Part shown: piece after piece, positions 59,484 through 64,000 of the stretch
How the letters are laid out: every line of letters starts with the position of its first letter
Numbering within the stretch: the stretch's first letter is position 1
Source: Bdellovibrio sp.
GTDB taxonomy: Bacteria > Bdellovibrionota > Bdellovibrionia > Bdellovibrionales > Bdellovibrionaceae
Reading direction: 5' to 3'
Length of the DNA stretch: 64,000 bases
Assembly: GCA_036676395.1 (NCBI GenBank)
Contig: JAKFCY010000003.1
Coordinates: forward strand, 256,001 to 320,000
The notes under the pieces: model-generated
The model's input: only the letters and a program-made list of their open reading frames with translations
Databases searched by the model: none
What the model was told of the DNA's origin: nothing
Made by a program: the position numbers and the translations under genes

Positions 59484-60767
59484 ATGCGCGCTAAGTTTAC
59501 TCAATTACTTTTCATTCTTTTTTTTAGTTACCCCTGTTGGGCTTTAGATTTTGATTCAAAAACTGAAGTCTTTCTTGCTGGAAATTCATACTTAACTGAA
59601 TCAGAGTTCGCAGAGAAAAACCAAGTTCTGTATTTTTTAACCAGCGATAATAAAATTAAGCTCAATTCAAAATATGAATTTGCCTTGTCACCTGAAATTT
59701 ATTTTTTAGATAATCAAAAAAAAGAACATAAAGATAAGGCCTTTGTCGATGCCAAAGAACTGGGTTTAAATTATTTTGGTTCAAAATTAAGTTGGACGCT
59801 TGGATTTTTTCAGATGAAAAAAGAGGGCCCTGATGTTTTAGATCCACTGGATTATCAACAGCCAAAAAACTATCTTGATCCTCTACATGCGGGAAAGCTC
59901 TCATTACTCGGAGTAAAAGCAGAACTTGCAGTAAATAATTACCTGACATTCGAAGTGGGTTTTACACCGCAAAATCGTATTCCTGTAATTCCGCAAGAAA
60001 GTTCTGCGTGGTATCCGCGCGAAGGCATTTTGCCTACTGAATCTGACAGCTATTCAATAACTCTTCCTGAAAATCCTGATTACCGCATCAACAATCAAGA
60101 ACGCTCAAAAAATGATTTAAAAAATAATTATATTTTCAAAACAAAGATTACAACCTCTTACACTGATATTGTTTTACAGGTGGCAGAAACCCTTACGAGT
60201 TCTCCTGATATTTCACCGACTTTAACTGGTAATTTAATTTCGGCGTCTCCTGTTTTCACTATTGAGCTGACAAATCCGATTGAATTAGATGTACGCTGGA
60301 AAAAGGTAAAAAACTATGGCGGTGGGTTTAATCTTCCGCTGGAATCATTAGGTTTAATTATTAAAATATTTTCTAATCAGGAAATCAGTGAAAGTAAAAA
60401 AACACTGATGACCACAGTAGCCTTTGAAAAAACATTCGGACAGCTGATCGCGATCTTAGAAACCACAAGCCAACAAATTAATAGTCGTGTCGATAACAGC
60501 AACTTATCAACGATGACTAATCTGTATAAAAATGCACAGGCCTTGGGGCTTCGTTACGCGCCTAATGATAAATTTAGCTTATTGGCCGGTGGCTTATATG
60601 ATTCTGCACAAGGGTCATATGTCGGCACGCTACGCCCGAAATACTTATTCACACAAAATGCCTATGTCGAGTTACAATTGATTGCCGTGGGTGGCAAAGA
60701 AGGCTCACTTCTTTCGTATTTTGATAAAGCCGATTCGGCTTCACTAAAAATTGGCACTAGTTTCTAG
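59484..60767 (+). CDS. Outer-membrane beta-barrel hypothetical protein
   Basis: Signal peptide; amphipathic strands; terminal LKIGTSF. Confidence 0.65.
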   Translation: MRAKFTQLLFILFFSYPCWALDFDSKTEVFLAGNSYLTESEFAEKNQVLYFLTSDNKIKLNSKYEFALSPEIYFLDNQKKEHKDKAFVDAKELGLNYFGSKLSWTLGFFQMKKEGPDVLDPLDYQQPKNYLDPLHAGKLSLLGVKAELAVNNYLTFEVGFTPQNRIPVIPQESSAWYPREGILPTESDSYSITLPENPDYRINNQERSKNDLKNNYIFKTKITTSYTDIVLQVAETLTSSPDISPTLTGNLISASPVFTIELTNPIELDVRWKKVKNYGGGFNLPLESLGLIIKIFSNQEISESKKTLMTTVAFEKTFGQLIAILETTSQQINSRVDNSNLSTMTNLYKNAQALGLRYAPNDKFSLLAGGLYDSAQGSYVGTLRPKYLFTQNAYVELQLIAVGGKEGSLLSYFDKADSASLKIGTSF

Positions 60768-62242
60768 TCGATCAAACCCAATTCAAAATACAATTTATTA
60801 TCTTTGCTATAATAAATCTTTTTAAGCTGTGCAGAAGCTGTGCTCGTTAATTTTAAAACACTTAAGTTCGCTGTTGCCCAGTTATCACTGAAAAACTTTT
60901 TTGCTGTGGTATCAACGATGCCTGTCGAAATACGCTTTGAACAATCATGGCGATCAAGATAACCCGCATCCCATACCGCGCCCGTTTTAAGTGAAGAAAT
61001 CTTTGTTTGCACTTTGGCTGCATCTGCTATGTTTGAAACCGCTGCCAGATTTGTGCGTAGGTACACCATCGCTTCATTACGCTCCATGACCCAAATACCT
61101 GCTATAGCTGTGATATTAAGGGCATTCACATAACTATCAGGTTTTAATACGATATTCAGCGATTCTAACACGGGCCTAAGAATTAATTCTTGCCCCTTGG
61201 GTATTTTCATCAAGGCAGGCCAAACAAAAAACTGCTTAAAGCGAGATCGTGTAAGTTTATCTAATTCAGAGATACTTTTTGATGAGTATGCAAGTTTTGC
61301 TAACTTTGCCGTTAAACCTTGTTTTAAAAATTCTTGCAGTTCTGTTTTATCGACAATCATCGCCCCATCTGAATTCAGTGTATAATTTGTCACTGCAGTA
61401 AAAGTAATATCAGGATTATTTAAAGAAAATCCGATATCAATATAGTTTTCATTTACCTGCAATAAACTAAATAATGGCGCAGATAACCCCTCAACAGTTA
61501 AGACTTGGTCTTTAATTGCTTTTTCTGCTTTGGCAGCATACTTCTGCAGCTGAACTGCTAACATTGAATTAATTTTTTCTAATAATACGGGTTTGTAAAA
61601 ATCAATGCGCGCAAATTGCTGTAAAATTTCATCAGCTACAAGATCTTCAAAGCCCGAGATATTATCGCATTTAAAATTTTGCACCGTTAATTTGGGCGCG
61701 CCTATGTTGATATCTGTAACCGTTGCTGACATGTCAACATGATCTGCCTTCGCAGAACCGGCAATTCCTGCTCGCACACTAATAGCATCTGTTGCAGTGA
61801 TCAATTTGATATTTTCACAAGATGATTTCACATGAACTTTTAAAATAACGCCGTTAATTTCTTTCACTAAATATGTGTCAATCGCAATTTTTGGAACCGT
61901 GATTTCAAGCTTCGGTGCAACTAGCGCGAAATCAATATTGTTATTTTGAATTGGATTAAAGTTAACTGTTTGCCAGTCTAAATTATATTCAATGTTGTTC
62001 ACAGAAATGGGAATCAAAGATGTGAATGATAATGGCTTTTCATACACACCCTTAAGGGGTTTTTTCTGGACTATTAAATTTTCTAGTGTCTGTTTAAGCT
62101 TTGTTGTTGAAATAAGAAAATGCCCCGAGAGTTTTTGGGCGTGAGTACTTACCGAAAACAATAAAACAAAAATTATTGATAATGCTCTACATGTTTTTTG
62201 TTTTTCGTCCGATAAAAATAAACAGTCCTTGTTTTGTAGCAT
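60764..62242 (-). CDS. Exported beta-rich hypothetical protein (possible BPI/TULIP-like lipid binder)
   Basis: GAGG before ATG 62242; signal peptide ending THA; long beta-strand pattern. Confidence 0.55.
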   Translation of the reverse strand: MLQNKDCLFLSDEKQKTCRALSIIFVLLFSVSTHAQKLSGHFLISTTKLKQTLENLIVQKKPLKGVYEKPLSFTSLIPISVNNIEYNLDWQTVNFNPIQNNNIDFALVAPKLEITVPKIAIDTYLVKEINGVILKVHVKSSCENIKLITATDAISVRAGIAGSAKADHVDMSATVTDINIGAPKLTVQNFKCDNISGFEDLVADEILQQFARIDFYKPVLLEKINSMLAVQLQKYAAKAEKAIKDQVLTVEGLSAPLFSLLQVNENYIDIGFSLNNPDITFTAVTNYTLNSDGAMIVDKTELQEFLKQGLTAKLAKLAYSSKSISELDKLTRSRFKQFFVWPALMKIPKGQELILRPVLESLNIVLKPDSYVNALNITAIAGIWVMERNEAMVYLRTNLAAVSNIADAAKVQTKISSLKTGAVWDAGYLDRHDCSKRISTGIVDTTAKKFFSDNWATANLSVLKLTSTASAQLKKIYYSKDNKLYFELGLID

Positions 62243-62285
62243 GTGAATCCCTCGTGGATAAACTATTCGGTAGAAAGAAATATTA

Positions 62286-64000
62286 ATGAAGTACTTTGGA
62301 ACAAGATTTATGAAATATTTTAGCAACAAAAATGAAAAAAGTGTGGAATCTTTTATCAAAATTTTTGCACTTTGTTTAGTTGCTGTATTCTGTCTAAGTT
62401 TTTACAGTTTAAAACATCTTTCATCTGAATATAACATCAAACAATTTTTTCCTAAGAAACATGCGTTACTTGAACAAGAGCGTCGTGTCGTTGCGCACTT
62501 TAAGCTGCAAGAGAAATCAAGCCTTGTGCTTATCCTTGAAAATAAGAATGCAGCACCCTGGATGAACCAGAAATTGATTAGTCAGTTGCGTGATTTTGCC
62601 ACAGATATCGAATCACAAAATACTGTAAAAACCCTATACAGTTTAGGCAAGATTCAGGGAACCTTCGAAGTGAATCAGGACTTATACGTAGGAGATCTAT
62701 TTGCGCAAGTGCCCGTAAAATACTGGAAACAAATGATTGCAACGCATCCGATTGCTAAACCAAATTTACTTTCTCAAAGCGGTAAGCAGACATTATTCGT
62801 GATCGAGTTAGCTGAAAATACGCCAGACAAAATGCAGGCGTTTCAAACCTTCATTTCCCATTTGCAAAAAACGAAATACCCAAACATTAAGGTGAATTAT
62901 GCAGGCGTTCCCTTATTACAAAATGATGTCGCAAAACTTTTAAAATCTGAACTGATTCGTTCGGTCATATTCGGAGTATTGGTTTTTATTGGTGTTCTGG
63001 CAGCTATTTTTGCCGGCTGGTCAGGATTAGTGCTTTCAGTTATTAACTTGGTCTTCGTAAATGTTATTAGTCTTAGTCTGTTAGTCTTATTAGGTATTAA
63101 GTTAGATGTTTTATTATCTACGCTGCCCGTGCTGGTCAGTTTAATGACGATTTCATTGACTGTGCATATTTTGTTACGTGTATCTGCAGTGACTGAATAT
63201 CAAAGCAATAACCTGAAAACTAAACTGATCGGTATTATTGAAAATTTGCGATCACACTTTCTGGAATATTTTTTAGCGACCTTAATGCCGGCTATTGGTT
63301 TTGTAATGTTAATGACTTCAGATATCGGTATTATTCACAAATACGGTAAATCCGTATCCACAGTGATTATCTTAAGCTGGTTTTTATCTCAGCTCTTTAT
63401 GATCCCTGCGTTATTGTTTTTACCAAAAGTGGTGCTGCGATCGTGGTCTTCAAAAAAGGCTTTTTGGAGTTTACATCTTCTTAAGTATAGCAATTCAGTA
63501 ATGGCCACTACATATAGTTTCTTAATTTTCGGCATCATTGGTTTTTTCTTTTTAAACTGGAATACCCGTTTATTTGATGATCTTCCTAAAGATAGCGCAA
63601 CTCGAATTAACACTGAAAAAATTGACTCTGTCTTCGGCGGAACAATTCCGGTATCTATTGTTTTATTCGGGCAAGAAAAAACTTGGGTCGATCCGAATGC
63701 AATGAAAAATTTAGATGCCTTATCTAAAGACTTAAAAAAACTGACTTCAGTGGGTTCAGTTATATCGACGGCTGATTTGTTAAAAAAATCTTCGCTTAAG
63801 GGCTCAAGACTTCCTGCGACTACAGCAGAAGCTTCAGAGTCTTTATTTTTATATTCAATGGCCGAAAAAGACCCGACGGCTTCATATTTAAACCAGTTAA
63901 ATTATCTAACTCGCTTAGGGTTAAGATTTAAAGATACTCCGTTTTATACACAACAAGCTGATTTAGAAAAATCCAAATACCTAATTCAAAAATATTTTCC
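62286..64000 (+). CDS. MMPL/RND-family transporter (3' truncated by window; missing from ORF track)
   Basis: Hand translation MKYFG...EYNIKQFFPK...AGVPLL...TM bundle...LFDDLP...DSVFGG; start 62286 or 62310. Confidence 0.85.
   Translation, partial: MKYFGTRFMKYFSNKNEKSVESFIKIFALCLVAVFCLSFYSLKHLSSEYNIKQFFPKKHALLEQERRVVAHFKLQEKSSLVLILENKNAAPWMNQKLISQLRDFATDIESQNTVKTLYSLGKIQGTFEVNQDLYVGDLFAQVPVKYWKQMIATHPIAKPNLLSQSGKQTLFVIELAENTPDKMQAFQTFISHLQKTKYPNIKVNYAGVPLLQNDVAKLLKSELIRSVIFGVLVFIGVLAAIFAGWSGLVLSVINLVFVNVISLSLLVLLGIKLDVLLSTLPVLVSLMTISLTVHILLRVSAVTEYQSNNLKTKLIGIIENLRSHFLEYFLATLMPAIGFVMLMTSDIGIIHKYGKSVSTVIILSWFLSQLFMIPALLFLPKVVLRSWSSKKAFWSLHLLKYSNSVMATTYSFLIFGIIGFFFLNWNTRLFDDLPKDSATRINTEKIDSVFGGTIPVSIVLFGQEKTWVDPNAMKNLDALSKDLKKLTSVGSVISTADLLKKSSLKGSRLPATTAEASESLFLYSMAEKDPTASYLNQLNYLTRLGLRFKDTPFYTQQADLEKSKYLIQKYF

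Noticed and set aside
63389..63613. 74-aa minus-strand ORF
   Set aside because: Antisense to the MMPL gene running off the window end

Overview
AT-rich bacterial chromosome segment, most likely from a predatory Bdellovibrionales bacterium (Bdellovibrio/Pseudobdellovibrio-like). This is inferred from FQNC/FTNC-type lipoprotein signals, a nadD-rsfS fusion, Tad and type IV pilus genes and many secreted hydrolases. Housekeeping blocks include rseP-tsaB-MinD/FlhG-like-rluD-pgeF; CBS/CGL; mdh-sucCD-ndk-rlmD-pilF-rodZ; nadE; rplU-rpmA-obgE-nadD/rsfS-rlmH-comF-lolA-rimO; rng; pilT-deoC-deoA-punA; and asnS. An accessory region lies at about 4.3-23.4 kb around a tRNA-Phe. No CRISPR array, prophage, integrase or transposase is visible. 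Most notable: (1) an 8-gene envelope redox-like cluster (15.1-23.4 kb) with a Cyc2-like heme-porin fusion, YceI, two more c-type cytochromes, a TAT-exported DUF1501-like protein, two more beta-barrels and a lipoprotein; (2) an unannotated 27-aa Lys/Ala/Thr microprotein gene (27222-27305) with its own promoter, RBS and terminator, a candidate protamine/H1-like nucleoid condenser; (3) a translationally coupled RRM(RGG tail)-IF-1-DOT1-like methyltransferase operon, with SD-sequestering hairpins in the leaders of both RRM paralogues; (4) an RHS plus small secreted protein pair reminiscent of Bd0109/Bd0108; (5) a Vps62-like lipoprotein plus LpxR-like barrel operon. All family calls come from visual motif recognition, not database searches.
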